Below, in pieces: positions 10,165-20,294 of a DNA stretch of 64,000 nt (position 1 is its first letter; the number at the start of each line of letters is the position of its first letter). Position numbers and translations under genes: made by a program. The notes beneath the pieces were generated by a model, which was given only the letters and a program-made list of their open reading frames with translations, made no database searches and was not told the DNA's origin. The DNA is from Aquificaceae bacterium (GTDB lineage: Bacteria > Aquificota > Aquificia > Aquificales > Aquificaceae): assembly GCA_037925075.1 (NCBI GenBank), contig JAXSNR010000002.1, positions 352,001 through 416,000 on the forward strand, in the 5' to 3' direction.

Positions 10165-10461
10165 ATGCCAGTGTATGTGATGCTTACCACCCTAACCGAT
10201 GAGGGCATGAAGACCCTCAAGCACAGACCAGATAGGATAAAGGAGGTGGATAAGGAGGTTATGGAACGTTTTGGTGTGAAGGTGCTTGCCCAGTATGTGG
10301 TGATGGGACCCTATGACTTTGTGAATATCCTTGAAGCACCCGATAACGACACCATAATTAAGATGGCTGTAGAACTCGGCTCAAGGGGTACCATAAGGAC
10401 CCTAACCATGCCCGCCATTGATGTGGAGCAGTTTATAAAGGACCTGAAGGAGCTAAGCTAA
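10165..10461 (+). CDS. GYD domain-containing protein
   Basis: MGPYDFV motif; SD AGGAGG upstream of ATG 10165. Confidence 0.8.
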   Translation: MPVYVMLTTLTDEGMKTLKHRPDRIKEVDKEVMERFGVKVLAQYVVMGPYDFVNILEAPDNDTIIKMAVELGSRGTIRTLTMPAIDVEQFIKDLKELS

Positions 10462-10468
10462 AGCCCTT

Positions 10469-10816
10469 ATGGAGCACAGTCTCAGGGCATTTCTTGATAT
10501 AACCCTAAGGTACACGGACCTCAAGTGGGCAAAAAGTAGAGATGACCTTATAAGCAGGGTTATAAAGGCCCTGAGGGCTTTTAGAGAAGGTAAAAGCCTT
10601 GAGGAGGTAAAAGGCACAAAGGAGCTGAGCTTTGAAATAGAGGATACCCTCCCACTTCTTCACTCTTTTGTAAAGGAGCATCCAGAGTATGTGGAAAGGC
10701 TTATAGAGCTACTTGGCATGTTCATAAAGTCTCCAGCACCCTGTAAAATAAGACTTATAAACTTTGCGGAGGCTTTGCTTGAAGATAGGAGAGTATCTAA
10801 GGCAGGGAAAGTTTAG
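10469..10816 (+). CDS. Hypothetical protein
   Basis: 115-aa ORF with host codon usage, packed between GYD gene and metF. Confidence 0.7.
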   Translation: MEHSLRAFLDITLRYTDLKWAKSRDDLISRVIKALRAFREGKSLEEVKGTKELSFEIEDTLPLLHSFVKEHPEYVERLIELLGMFIKSPAPCKIRLINFAEALLEDRRVSKAGKV

Positions 10817-11666
10817 CGTATCCTTTGAGTTCTTCCCTCCAAAGACGCCAGAGGGAGAAGAGGAGCTTTTCCAAACTATAAAGAGCCTTAGGCACCTAAA
10901 GCCCACCTTTGTGTCCGTTACCTACGGAGCGGGTGGTAGCACAAGGGACAGGACGCGTAAGATAGTGGAAAGAATACACAGGGAGACGGAGCTTACGGTT
11001 ATGGCTCATCTGACCTGCATAGCCCACACAAGGGAGGAGATCTTTGAAATACTCAAAGGCTATGCGGATATGGGAATAGAAAATATTCTGGCTTTAAGGG
11101 GGGATGTGCCCGCAAACATGCCAGACTTTAAGCCTCCAGAGGGTGCATGTAAGCACGGCTATGAACTGGTTAGGTTCATAAGGGAAAACTTTGGCAGGCA
11201 TTTTTCCATAGGCGTTGCCTCTTACCCAGAAGGGCATCCAGAGTCTCCCAATATGGAGTGGGAGATAAGGTACTTTAAGCAAAAGGTGGAGGCGGGTGCG
11301 GACTTTTCCATAACCCAGATGTTCTTTGATAACTCCTACTTTTACAAGTTTTTGGAGCTTTGCCAAAAATCTGGCATAGACATTCCCATCATCCCGGGCA
11401 TAATGCCCATCACCAACTTCCGACAGATTCAGAAGTTTGCCAGCATGTGCGGTACGGAAATACCTCAAAGCCTTGTGGAAAAACTTGAGCCTTACGCAGA
11501 CAACCCTGAGGAAACCCTAAAGATAGGTGTGGAGTTTGCCATAGAGCAGTGCCTTGACCTTTTGGAAAAGGGCGTGCAAGGACTACACTTTTATACCCTA
11601 AACAAGTCAAAGGCTACTCTCCTAGTTTATGAAGGCATAAGCGGTGCCTTAAAGCATGAAGGTTAA
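10779..11666 (+). CDS. metF: 5,10-methylenetetrahydrofolate reductase
   Basis: [48 protein letters not shown] start after GGAGG. Confidence 0.95.
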   Translation: MKIGEYLRQGKFSVSFEFFPPKTPEGEEELFQTIKSLRHLKPTFVSVTYGAGGSTRDRTRKIVERIHRETELTVMAHLTCIAHTREEIFEILKGYADMGIENILALRGDVPANMPDFKPPEGACKHGYELVRFIRENFGRHFSIGVASYPEGHPESPNMEWEIRYFKQKVEAGADFSITQMFFDNSYFYKFLELCQKSGIDIPIIPGIMPITNFRQIQKFASMCGTEIPQSLVEKLEPYADNPEETLKIGVEFAIEQCLDLLEKGVQGLHFYTLNKSKATLLVYEGISGALKHEG

Positions 11667-11865
11667 GGTAAGCTACAGAGGGCAGAGCCTTGAGTTGGAG
11701 TTTGAGGGAAAGGAGGTAAGGGCGGGAGAAGTTTTAAAGGCTCTTGGGCTTTCAAGGGAGTACGCCTTTGTGGCAAGAGGAGATGAGATATTGGATGAAA
11801 GGGAACTCATAAGGGATGGGGAGCACCTAAGGGTCATAAACGCCATATCTGGTGGCTATATTTAA
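11656..11865 (+). CDS. ttuB: MoaD/ThiS-like sulfur carrier (TtuB-like)
   Basis: Ubiquitin-like size, ends ...ISGG-YI; directly upstream of ttuA. Confidence 0.75.
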   Translation: MKVKVSYRGQSLELEFEGKEVRAGEVLKALGLSREYAFVARGDEILDERELIRDGEHLRVINAISGGYI

Positions 11866-11869
11866 AAGA

Positions 11870-12787
11870 ATGCGTAGGTGTCAGAAGTGTGGGCAAAAGG
11901 CTAATGTATATCTTCCTCAGCACAGGCTTTCCCTTTGTAAAAACCACTACATAGAGTGGTATCTCAAGAGGGTGGAAGCCACCATAAGGGAGTTTGGGAT
12001 GTTTGGAAAGGGGGAGAAGGTCCTTGTCGCTGTATCTGGTGGAAAGGATAGCCTTTCCCTTTGGGACGCCTTGCATAAGCTGGGTTATAAGGCGGATGGC
12101 CTTTACATAAACCTTGGCATAGGTGAGTATTCTCAAAGGTCAAAGGCTTTATGCGAAAGGTTCGCCAAAGAGAGAGGTCTTGAGCTTCATGGGGTGGAGC
12201 TAAGCAAAGAGATTGCGACAATCCCTGAGATAAAAAGGGTGGAAAATAGGCCCGCCTGTTCCTTCTGCGGACAGCTAAAAAGGTACTACATGAACCGCTT
12301 TGCCAAGGAAAAGGGCTACAGAGTAATAGCGACAGGGCATAACCTTGACGATGAAAGTGCTACGCTTTTTTCCAACGTGCTCAGTTGGAACATGGGCTAT
12401 CTTTCGAGACAGTTTCCGGTGCTTTCCGAGGGTGATGGCTTTGTAAAAAAGGTAAAGCCCCTTGTGAAGTTCACAGAAAAGGAAAACGCCCTGTATGCCT
12501 TTCTTTCTGGTATTGAGTATGTGGAAGAGGAGTGCCCCTTTTCAGAAGGTGCAAGCTCCATAGAGTACAAAAAGATACTATCAGAGTTAGAAGAAAAAAG
12601 CCCGGGAACAAAGCTAAGGTTTTACATGGATTTTCTGAGAAGACTTCACCCCATACTACAGTCTGAAAAGGTCCATCTGAGGCCTTGTAGTGTATGCGGA
12701 GAGCCCACCACCGCGGAGGTATGTTCCCTTTGTAGGCTAAGAGAAAGGCTTAGCTCAAGGCTTTTGTCATCCTCACCCAGTAATTAA
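11870..12787 (+). CDS. ttuA: tRNA 2-thiolation enzyme TtuA (TtcA/TtuA family)
   Basis: N- and C-terminal Zn fingers, PP-loop SGGKDS, CSFC, TGHNLDD, ECPF; alternative start GTG 11852. Confidence 0.88.
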   Translation: MRRCQKCGQKANVYLPQHRLSLCKNHYIEWYLKRVEATIREFGMFGKGEKVLVAVSGGKDSLSLWDALHKLGYKADGLYINLGIGEYSQRSKALCERFAKERGLELHGVELSKEIATIPEIKRVENRPACSFCGQLKRYYMNRFAKEKGYRVIATGHNLDDESATLFSNVLSWNMGYLSRQFPVLSEGDGFVKKVKPLVKFTEKENALYAFLSGIEYVEEECPFSEGASSIEYKKILSELEEKSPGTKLRFYMDFLRRLHPILQSEKVHLRPCSVCGEPTTAEVCSLCRLRERLSSRLLSSSPSN

Positions 12788-13211
12788 ACCTGTCCTTTTC
12801 TTCAAAGCCAAGCCTTTTGTAAAAATCCATAGCTTGCTTGTTTTCGTCACCTACCCAAAGCTCTGCGGTGTCAAGCCCCCTGCCTTTGAAGTATTCCAAA
12901 GCCTTATCCACAAGAGCCTTGCCAATGCCCCTGTTTCTGTATTCGGGAAGAACCACAAGCTCATGGAGAGCCCCCACCACCTTGCCCTCCCTCTTACTAA
13001 ACCAGTTTCCATCGCTTGCAACAAAGCCCACAATTTTTCCATCTTCCTCCGCAAGCCATATACCCGCCACATCCCTTCTGAAAAGCCAGTTAAGGTATGC
13101 CTGCACATCGTCAGGATGCGTGTAGGAGTACTCTTCAAGCCCCCTATAGCCTTGAAGGTAGACATCCACCAAGTCTTTTATATCCTTCTCTTCCGCTCTT
13201 CTTATAATCAT
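12750..13211 (-). CDS. GNAT family N-acetyltransferase
   Basis: VLPEYRNRGIGKAL and NKQAMDFYKRLGF motifs. Confidence 0.9.
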   Translation of the reverse strand: MIIRRAEEKDIKDLVDVYLQGYRGLEEYSYTHPDDVQAYLNWLFRRDVAGIWLAEEDGKIVGFVASDGNWFSKREGKVVGALHELVVLPEYRNRGIGKALVDKALEYFKGRGLDTAELWVGDENKQAMDFYKRLGFEEKDRFNYWVRMTKALS

Positions 13212-13813
13212 GGTTTGACAACTCTCGCACCTTCCGGAATTTTTACCCTAAAGAGGTTATCTGATGGTGTAAAGTTTGTCGCTACGCTAATAAACTCTAT
13301 GGTAGTACTTATGCCCCCCTTTTCTTCAACTTTGATGCTCTTTATATCACCTCTTGGAGAAACCTCCACAAGCACCCTTGAAAAATACTCATCCTTAACC
13401 TTTGGCTTTAGTATAAAGGTTTTTCCCCTTGAGCTTTCCATCTCACCCACAAGCTCAAAAACCTCAGAAAGACTCTTGGATACAAGGAAGAGAGCCTCCA
13501 CCACTGGCGAGCTGTTTCTTTCAATACGATCAAGAAAGACGGTCCTATCCTTTGGAGTGTAAACCATCACCTGAAAGCCATCGGAGACTATAAGGGTATT
13601 TTCTGGTTGCTCATACTCTATCCTGAACTTCCCACCCCTTTGGGCGTAAAAGGTGCCCTTTGACATATCAGGTTTAGACTGCCACGGATACTGAACGCGT
13701 TGAACGAAAATCACTCTGATGCTTCTTATCTCCTCAAGCTTTTTTTGAAAATCTTCAAAGGACTGAGCCAGCAGAGTGGATACGGTCAAGAAAAAAAGCA
13801 GAAGCACTTTCAT
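13208..13813 (-). CDS. lolA: Outer membrane lipoprotein chaperone LolA
   Basis: Signal peptide, GKFRIEYEQP, LIVSDG motifs. Confidence 0.8.
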   Translation of the reverse strand: MKVLLLFFLTVSTLLAQSFEDFQKKLEEIRSIRVIFVQRVQYPWQSKPDMSKGTFYAQRGGKFRIEYEQPENTLIVSDGFQVMVYTPKDRTVFLDRIERNSSPVVEALFLVSKSLSEVFELVGEMESSRGKTFILKPKVKDEYFSRVLVEVSPRGDIKSIKVEEKGGISTTIEFISVATNFTPSDNLFRVKIPEGARVVKP

Positions 13814-14895
13814 AGCTTATGAAACCTCCTGAGAAAGGACAGTATAACCTCATACCATATGGCCACATGGTCCCAGCTTATGGCATCGTAGCTATCGTAA
13901 GGGGTATGCCTAATGGTAAAAGGGTGAGAGCTTAAAAATAGGGTCTGGACACCGAGCTCCTTAAAGGGTATGTGTTCTCCGTCCCTTTCTTCCACCTTGC
14001 AAAAATCCACATCCACTCCCATATCTCGTAAATGTCTGTAAAACATCTCGTTTATCCTCTCTCCGTTGTACCCTCCCATGTCCTTGTAGATCACCGCGGG
14101 GTTGTACCATCCTATACCCTCAAGGTTTATGCAGTAAAAAACGTGTTTTAGACTATTCCTCAGGTGAAACTTGATACCTTCCATACCAAGCTCTCTTGCG
14201 TCGGTGATGAGAAACCTAAGCCTATACGGAGTACTGTAGCCTTCTTTAAGCTCCTCAAAGAGGAAAAGCAAAAGAAGAAAGCCTACACCGTTGCCCATGG
14301 CTCCGTATGTACCCGCCACCGTATCCATGTGAGAAACCAAGTAGATTATTGGACCTCTTCCTATCTCCATAAGAAAGTTTACACCTTGTATAAGCTTCTC
14401 GCTTGATTTTACTACGAGATGCACCTCAGAATCTTCAACCTTAGGCACATCCTCCCTCCTTATGCTGATTATGGGTATGCTTACACCCATATGGTGGCCA
14501 TACACATAGGCGTCCGCTTTATCTTCAGATCTGTAGGTAATCACAGCAATGGCACCCCTTTCCTGAGCTTGAAGAGCTTTTTCCTTTGTCAAGTTGGGTA
14601 CTAAGGCTATATCACCTTCAAGGTATTCCCTCTTTACGTACGCTTTCCTATCAATGGAGCTACTGCCCAGGTAGGCAACTCCTTTTATTTTCTCCCCTTC
14701 CACATCTATCCATGCCTCCTCGGGTATAGCTTTTCTTACAGAAAAGACTTCCTTCTTGTAGCTAGCGGATGCGTACTCAAGAAAGGACTCTATAAACTTA
14801 CGAGCTTTTAGGTTTCCCTCCGTACCCGTGAGCCTGTTGTAGCTGAAAAGCTTGTAGGCGAAATCCCTGAAAAAATCTAACCTTTCACCTTTCAT
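13810..14895 (-). CDS. M28 peptidase-like protein with PA domain (active site appears degenerate)
   Basis: NRLTGTEG, SHMDT, INLEGIG, HIPF, HTPYD match M28 fold; DN and EE motifs altered. Confidence 0.65.
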   Translation of the reverse strand: MKGERLDFFRDFAYKLFSYNRLTGTEGNLKARKFIESFLEYASASYKKEVFSVRKAIPEEAWIDVEGEKIKGVAYLGSSSIDRKAYVKREYLEGDIALVPNLTKEKALQAQERGAIAVITYRSEDKADAYVYGHHMGVSIPIISIRREDVPKVEDSEVHLVVKSSEKLIQGVNFLMEIGRGPIIYLVSHMDTVAGTYGAMGNGVGFLLLLFLFEELKEGYSTPYRLRFLITDARELGMEGIKFHLRNSLKHVFYCINLEGIGWYNPAVIYKDMGGYNGERINEMFYRHLRDMGVDVDFCKVEERDGEHIPFKELGVQTLFLSSHPFTIRHTPYDSYDAISWDHVAIWYEVILSFLRRFHKL

Positions 14896-15802
14896 AAACG
14901 GGCGTTAGCCAACCAAGATACCTATCTATCATGCCTCTTACCGCACGGAAGTATATATCTTGAAGTTCTTTTGTTATAGCACCCACCTCACCGCCACCCA
15001 CCTTTCTGTTGTCCACCTCCACCACTGGAGTTATCTCCGCGGCGGTTCCCGTCAGAAATACCTCATCCGCCACATAAAGCTCACTTCTTGCGACTGGACG
15101 CTCTTCCACTTCTATGATGAGCTCATTTTTCAGAAGCTTTTTCACCGCAGACCTTGTTATGCCCTCAAGTATGTGTTCAGAGTAAGAGGGTGTTATGGCT
15201 TTGCCCTCTCTTATTAAAAAGATGTTCTCTCCAGAGCCTTCCGCGATAAAACCATGCTGGTTTAACATAATAGCCTCATCATAGCCTGCCAAAAGAGCCT
15301 CCGTTTTTGCCAAAGCACTGTTTACATAGGCACCTGCCACCTTCCACCTTGAAGGTATGGAGTTATCGTCGTTGCGCCTCCAAGAGGAAACCTTTACCCT
15401 TATTCCCTTTGAAGTGTTTAGATACCTCCCAAAGTTGTAGGTGTATATGGCAATCTCTGGTGTGTAATCTATGAGCTTTGGAGTTAGCTTGAGGTCCTTG
15501 AAATAAACTATAGGCCTTATGTACACATCTTCTCTTATCTGGTTTTTTCTAAGAAGCTCTACGGTGATATTTACCAGGTCTTCCACGCTGTAAGGAAGCT
15601 CCATAAACATAGCCTTACAGTTTCTAAGAAGTCTTTGGTAGTGTTCTTTTGCAAAGAGTATATAGAGTTGCCCTTGGCTCTCGTTCCAATATGCCCTTAT
15701 GCCTTCAAAGATGGCTGTGCCGTAGTGAAAGGAGTTGGTCTTTATGTTTATGTTGGCTTTTTCTATGGGGACAAAGCTACCTTCAAAAAAGGCATATTCC
15801 AT
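14885..15802 (-). CDS. ilvE: Branched-chain amino acid aminotransferase
   Basis: FHYGTAIFEGIRAY, KVAGAY, EGSGENIF, LEGITR, GTAAEITP; ATG 15802. Confidence 0.95.
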   Translation of the reverse strand: MEYAFFEGSFVPIEKANINIKTNSFHYGTAIFEGIRAYWNESQGQLYILFAKEHYQRLLRNCKAMFMELPYSVEDLVNITVELLRKNQIREDVYIRPIVYFKDLKLTPKLIDYTPEIAIYTYNFGRYLNTSKGIRVKVSSWRRNDDNSIPSRWKVAGAYVNSALAKTEALLAGYDEAIMLNQHGFIAEGSGENIFLIREGKAITPSYSEHILEGITRSAVKKLLKNELIIEVEERPVARSELYVADEVFLTGTAAEITPVVEVDNRKVGGGEVGAITKELQDIYFRAVRGMIDRYLGWLTPVYER

Positions 15803-16501
15803 GGCAATATAAATTATAGCAGATTGAGGGTTAAAAGCTTCAAAATTGCCAATGTTGGGATGGATTTGTCGTTGATGCACTTTATCCTAAAACCCCGTGT
15901 ATCCCAGAGCAAGTGTCAATTAGGTGAAAAAGAAGCAGGTAGGCTATAAATGTTTTCAAAAGGTTTTTAACCAAAAGCTTTCTGAGGCATATTAAAACAG
16001 CCAGAACAAAAACAGCCTCGTAGACGGAAAAGCCTTTTCATTTCTTTTGTACCCTATTTTTATCGGAAAAACTCGGACCTTACAGACCTAAGCCAGAGGG
16101 CAAAAAAGCAAAGAAAAACAAGTCCAATTAGCAATTTACTTCCTCAAGTCCTATTAGGAGATGGTAGTCAAGCTAAATCCATACCCCCATCCATGAACTA
16201 AGCCACCCAATGGGACAATAAGCAATGACAGAATCCTGTTTTCCTATGAAATTTTTTAGGTAGTGTTTTACCAGTTTTAGACTCCTACTGATACATCTTT
16301 AAGCATCCAGAATCTCTTTCCCCTTTGAAGCCAGCATATTGTGTCCAACGGGCAACCCCCATAGCCCCATCAAGTCCTAAGCTAATCAACAGGAAAAAAT
16401 TACCTTCCCTTCCTGCTGTATGATTAATTGAGTACTAATAAGGGTCTTGAAGTTTATAAGCTTTACACTATATTTTTACCTTCTACTAGTCGGAGGAAAA
16501 C

Positions 16502-16909
16502 ATGCAAAGGTTTATGCTAAAGTCAAAGGTGCACAGAGCAAGGATAACGGGTGCGGAGCTTCACTATGAGGGAAGCCTTTCCCTAGACCTTGCCCTTATG
16601 GAGGCGGCAAACCTTCTGCCCTTTGAAAAGATAGAGGTGTACAACGTAAGCAACGGGGCGCGCTTTTCCACCTATGTGATACCAGCTCCAAGATACTCGG
16701 GTGAGGTCAGGCTCAACGGTGCTGCCGCAAGGCTGGGTGCGGTAGGTGATATAGTGATAATAGCCTCCTACGGCATTTATTCTGAAAAGGAGCTTGAAAC
16801 CTACAAACCTTTTCTTGTGTATGTGGACGAAAGCAACCAGATAAGGGAAGTAAGAAGGGAGATGATTATAGAGGGTGTAGGAAGCCTTTATGATTGGCAA
16901 AGTTTTTAG
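16502..16909 (+). CDS. panD: Aspartate 1-decarboxylase proenzyme
   Basis: [13 protein letters not shown] cleavage site, RFSTY, NGAAAR; SD GGAGG. Confidence 0.96.
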   Translation: MQRFMLKSKVHRARITGAELHYEGSLSLDLALMEAANLLPFEKIEVYNVSNGARFSTYVIPAPRYSGEVRLNGAAARLGAVGDIVIIASYGIYSEKELETYKPFLVYVDESNQIREVRREMIIEGVGSLYDWQSF

Positions 16910-17492
16910 GATATTCAAGGAAAAGGGGGGTGTGCTAAAGGTTCTTGACCTTTGGGACTGGTATGAATCCCTTGAGCCAAAGGACCAAAAGAGGGTAAAG
17001 TACTACTTTTCCCTTAAAAGCATAAAGGATATGCGTTTTCCCTTTAGGGCAAAGTACTTTGACTCGGGGGAGGTTATAAACCCGGGATACACAAAAGCCA
17101 CCCTTCTTGGCACCCTTGCACAGACCGCACTGCTTGATGGCAAATACGAGGATGCGGAATGGCTATACCTTAAAGCCCTTGAGCTTAGCGAAAAACCGTA
17201 CGAAAAACACCTTATCCTTAACGACCTTCTTATGCTCTCTCAGAAGCTAAAGGACTTTGAAAGGATGGAAAGGTATGCCCGTATGGACTTGGAGCTCTTT
17301 GAGGAATACAAGGAAGAGTTAAAGGAAAGAAACGGAGGAAGTATGCCTCAGATAAACTCCTATGAGATCATGGTTTATCTTTTGGAGAGAAAGGGTGACA
17401 AGGCATCAGCCCTCAAGCTTTTGGAAAGACTGCATTCAGAAGGTGTCCCCCACCCCTTTTACCAAGAGGTAAAGCGAAGACTAACAGAATGA
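16890..17492 (+). CDS. Hypothetical protein, TPR-like helical repeats
   Basis: LGTLAQ...[19 protein letters not shown]-like segment; overlaps panD and tilS. Confidence 0.65.
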   Translation: MIGKVFRIFKEKGGVLKVLDLWDWYESLEPKDQKRVKYYFSLKSIKDMRFPFRAKYFDSGEVINPGYTKATLLGTLAQTALLDGKYEDAEWLYLKALELSEKPYEKHLILNDLLMLSQKLKDFERMERYARMDLELFEEYKEELKERNGGSMPQINSYEIMVYLLERKGDKASALKLLERLHSEGVPHPFYQEVKRRLTE

Positions 17493-18382
17493 AATACCAC
17501 AGGCTTTTAAGAAAGGTGGTCCAACTACAAAGAAGTAAAAGGCTCATACCGGAAAACTCCTCACTTCTCATTGCCTTTTCCGGTGGTGTGGATTCTGTAG
17601 CCCTTGCCCTTTGTATGTTTGAGCTAAGGGATTTCCTAAAACTTAGAAAGCTTGCCCTTGCCCATATAAACCATCAGCTAAGAGGGGAAGAGTCCTTTAG
17701 AGACGAGGCCTTTTGTGTGGAGTTTGCAAGGAATAAGGGATTAGAGATATTCGTAAAGAGGTTGAGAATACAACTAAAAGGCGAAAACCTTGAGGCAAAG
17801 GCTAGGGAGTTAAGGTACAAAGCCCTTGAGGAGATAAGGCATAAGGAAGGCTTTGACCTTATAGCTACCGCACATCATCTTAATGACCTTGTGGAAACCA
17901 TACTCTTGTGGCTTGTGCGTGGTGCTGGAAGGGAGGGACTTTTAGGCTTTGAGGAAAAGGAAGGCAATGTGGTAAGACCTCTGTATTTGGCTACAAGGGA
18001 GGAGATAGAAGACTTTGTCAGGTCAAAAGGGGAAAGGTGGGTGGAAGACTCTACCAACTATGACCTGAGCTATGCTCGAAACCTCATAAGACATAAGGTT
18101 ATCCCAGAGCTTAAAAGGATAAACCCAAGGCTTGAAGAAAGTTTTCTAAGGCTTAGGGAGATACTAAGGGAAGAAGAAAGCCTACTTGAAGACCTCACTC
18201 AGCAAGCCATAAGGGAGGTTGTCAAAGAGGGTGAGTTTGACAGAAAAGCCTTTTTAAGGCTACCGCAAGCCCTGAGGAGGAAAGTAATCTATCACATATA
18301 CGGTATAAGGGGCATGAAAGAGGTAGAAAGGTTTATAAACAGTATAAAAAAGGGTATGCCCTTGAAAAGCCCAGATGCATGA
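17489..18382 (+). CDS. tilS: tRNA(Ile)-lysidine synthetase
   Basis: SGGVDS PP-loop, HINHQLR, ARELRY, TAHHLND, RNLIRH; upstream of ftsH. Confidence 0.95.
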   Translation: MKYHRLLRKVVQLQRSKRLIPENSSLLIAFSGGVDSVALALCMFELRDFLKLRKLALAHINHQLRGEESFRDEAFCVEFARNKGLEIFVKRLRIQLKGENLEAKARELRYKALEEIRHKEGFDLIATAHHLNDLVETILLWLVRGAGREGLLGFEEKEGNVVRPLYLATREEIEDFVRSKGERWVEDSTNYDLSYARNLIRHKVIPELKRINPRLEESFLRLREILREEESLLEDLTQQAIREVVKEGEFDRKAFLRLPQALRRKVIYHIYGIRGMKEVERFINSIKKGMPLKSPDA

Positions 18383-18416
18383 TTAATATTAAATCCTTAA
18401 GCGTGGAGGTAATCGG

Positions 18417-20294
18417 ATGCAGTGGATGAAGAGTATTTTTATATGGGTTGTTCTTTTAGGTTTTATGGTTCTTGCCTTTAATCTCTTTGAGGGCAACAGG
18501 AGCCAGTCAGCGGTCAAGACACCAATAAACACGGTGCTTGAGCTTGCGGAAGAGGGCAAGCTTAAAGAGGTAAAAGTAAAGGACAACCTGCTAACTGGTA
18601 TAACCACTGAGGGTCAAAAGATAGAAACGGGCATCCCACCTGGCTCGGACATTGTAAACAAGCTTATAGATAAGGGTGTAAAGGTAGAGGTGGCGGTGCA
18701 AGAGGGCGGTTGGCTTGTGCCCTTTTTGGTCTCTTGGCTTCCCATACTTCTCTTTATAGGCATATGGATATACATGATGAGACAGGTAAGCGGTGGTGGA
18801 AACCCCACATCCAGAGCCTTTAGCTTTGGAAAGAGCAGGGCAAAGGTCTACATAGACGAAAAGCCAAAGGTTACCCTTGAAAACGTGGCGGGTATGGAAG
18901 AGGTTAAAGAAGAGGTGAAGGAGATAATAGAGTATTTAAAGGATCCAGTGAAATTCCAAAAGCTTGGTGGCAGACCTCCAAAGGGTGTTTTGTTCTATGG
19001 CGAGCCTGGCGTGGGTAAGACCCTTTTGGCAAAAGCCATAGCGGGCGAAGCCCATGTACCCTTTATATCAGTTTCTGGTTCAGACTTCGTGGAGATGTTT
19101 GTGGGTGTGGGTGCGGCGCGTGTGAGGGACCTTTTTGACACCGCCAAAAAACATGCACCCTGTATCATATTCATAGACGAAATAGATGCAGTGGGTCGTT
19201 CCAGGGGTGCCATAAACCTTGGCGGAGGGCACGATGAGAGAGAACAAACCTTAAACCAGCTTCTTGTGGAGATGGACGGCTTTGACACCTCTGAAGGTAT
19301 AATTGTTATAGCAGCTACCAACAGACCAGACATATTAGACCCTGCCCTTTTGAGACCCGGCAGGTTTGACAGGCAGATATACATACCAAGGCCAGACGTA
19401 AAGGGAAGGTATGAGATACTCAAGGTGCATGCAAAAGACAAAAAGCTGGCGCCTGATGTGGACCTTGAGATAGTGGCAAGGGCTACTCCCGGCTTTACCG
19501 GTGCGGACCTTGAAAATGTGCTTAACGAGGCGGCGCTTCTCGCCGCAAGGAAGGGCAAAGAAGCCATAGAAATGCAGGACATAGAGGAGGCCATAGACAG
19601 GATAACCATGGGGCTTGAGAGAAAGGGTATGGTCATATCTCCAAAGGAGAAGGAAAAGATCGCATACCATGAGATGGGGCATGCCATAATGAGCCTTATG
19701 GTTCCCGGCTCTGATCCTCTTCATAAGGTCTCCATAATACCAAGAGGTATGGCTCTCGGTGTTACCCAACAACTACCCATAGACGACAAGCACATGTACG
19801 ACAGGCAAGACCTTTACGGGAAGATACTGACCTTGATGGGGGGGCGCGCAGCGGAAGAGGTCTTCTACGGAAAGGAAGGCATAACCACCGGGGCGGAGAA
19901 CGACCTTCAGAGGGCTACAGAGCTTGCCTACAGGATGGTTTCCATGTGGGGGATGAGCGAAAGGGTAGGTCCTCTGGCCGTGAGAAGAAATGTAAATCCC
20001 TTCCTCGGTGGTATGACCACATCTGTGGATATAAGCGAAGACCTTAGAAAGGAAATAGACGAGGAGGTAAAGAAAATACTCACAAGAGCATACGAAGACA
20101 CTAAGAGTGTTGTTCTGGAGCATAAGGAAGCCATACAGGCGGTGGTAAAGAAGCTTTTGGAAAAGGAAACCATGTCCTGTGAGGAGGTGGTGGAAATACT
20201 AAAGCTTTATGGAATTGAAGTCAAAAACGAGTGCAAGAAGGAGGAGTATAGAATAGAGGAGAAAGAGAAAACCCTTGAGCAGGAGGTGGCATAA
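18417..20294 (+). CDS. ftsH: ATP-dependent zinc metalloprotease FtsH
   Basis: Two TMs, Walker [29 protein letters not shown]. Confidence 0.98.
   Translation: MQWMKSIFIWVVLLGFMVLAFNLFEGNRSQSAVKTPINTVLELAEEGKLKEVKVKDNLLTGITTEGQKIETGIPPGSDIVNKLIDKGVKVEVAVQEGGWLVPFLVSWLPILLFIGIWIYMMRQVSGGGNPTSRAFSFGKSRAKVYIDEKPKVTLENVAGMEEVKEEVKEIIEYLKDPVKFQKLGGRPPKGVLFYGEPGVGKTLLAKAIAGEAHVPFISVSGSDFVEMFVGVGAARVRDLFDTAKKHAPCIIFIDEIDAVGRSRGAINLGGGHDEREQTLNQLLVEMDGFDTSEGIIVIAATNRPDILDPALLRPGRFDRQIYIPRPDVKGRYEILKVHAKDKKLAPDVDLEIVARATPGFTGADLENVLNEAALLAARKGKEAIEMQDIEEAIDRITMGLERKGMVISPKEKEKIAYHEMGHAIMSLMVPGSDPLHKVSIIPRGMALGVTQQLPIDDKHMYDRQDLYGKILTLMGGRAAEEVFYGKEGITTGAENDLQRATELAYRMVSMWGMSERVGPLAVRRNVNPFLGGMTTSVDISEDLRKEIDEEVKKILTRAYEDTKSVVLEHKEAIQAVVKKLLEKETMSCEEVVEILKLYGIEVKNECKKEEYRIEEKEKTLEQEVA

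Noticed and set aside
12904..12912. Perfect DnaA boxes TTATCCACA (also 34026 and 62070)
   Set aside because: Isolated and inside coding sequence (Leu-Val-Asp-Lys codons); not clustered as in an origin
15803..16501. CRISPR array or canonical oriC in the large gap
   Set aside because: No regularly spaced 25-40-nt repeats and no consensus DnaA boxes
18995..19687. 230-aa ORF antisense to ftsH, and similar shadow ORFs (12834-13562, 24612-25292, 39722-40207, 63536-63994)
   Set aside because: They lie opposite well-supported genes, have no recognisable motifs, and are expected by-products of codon bias
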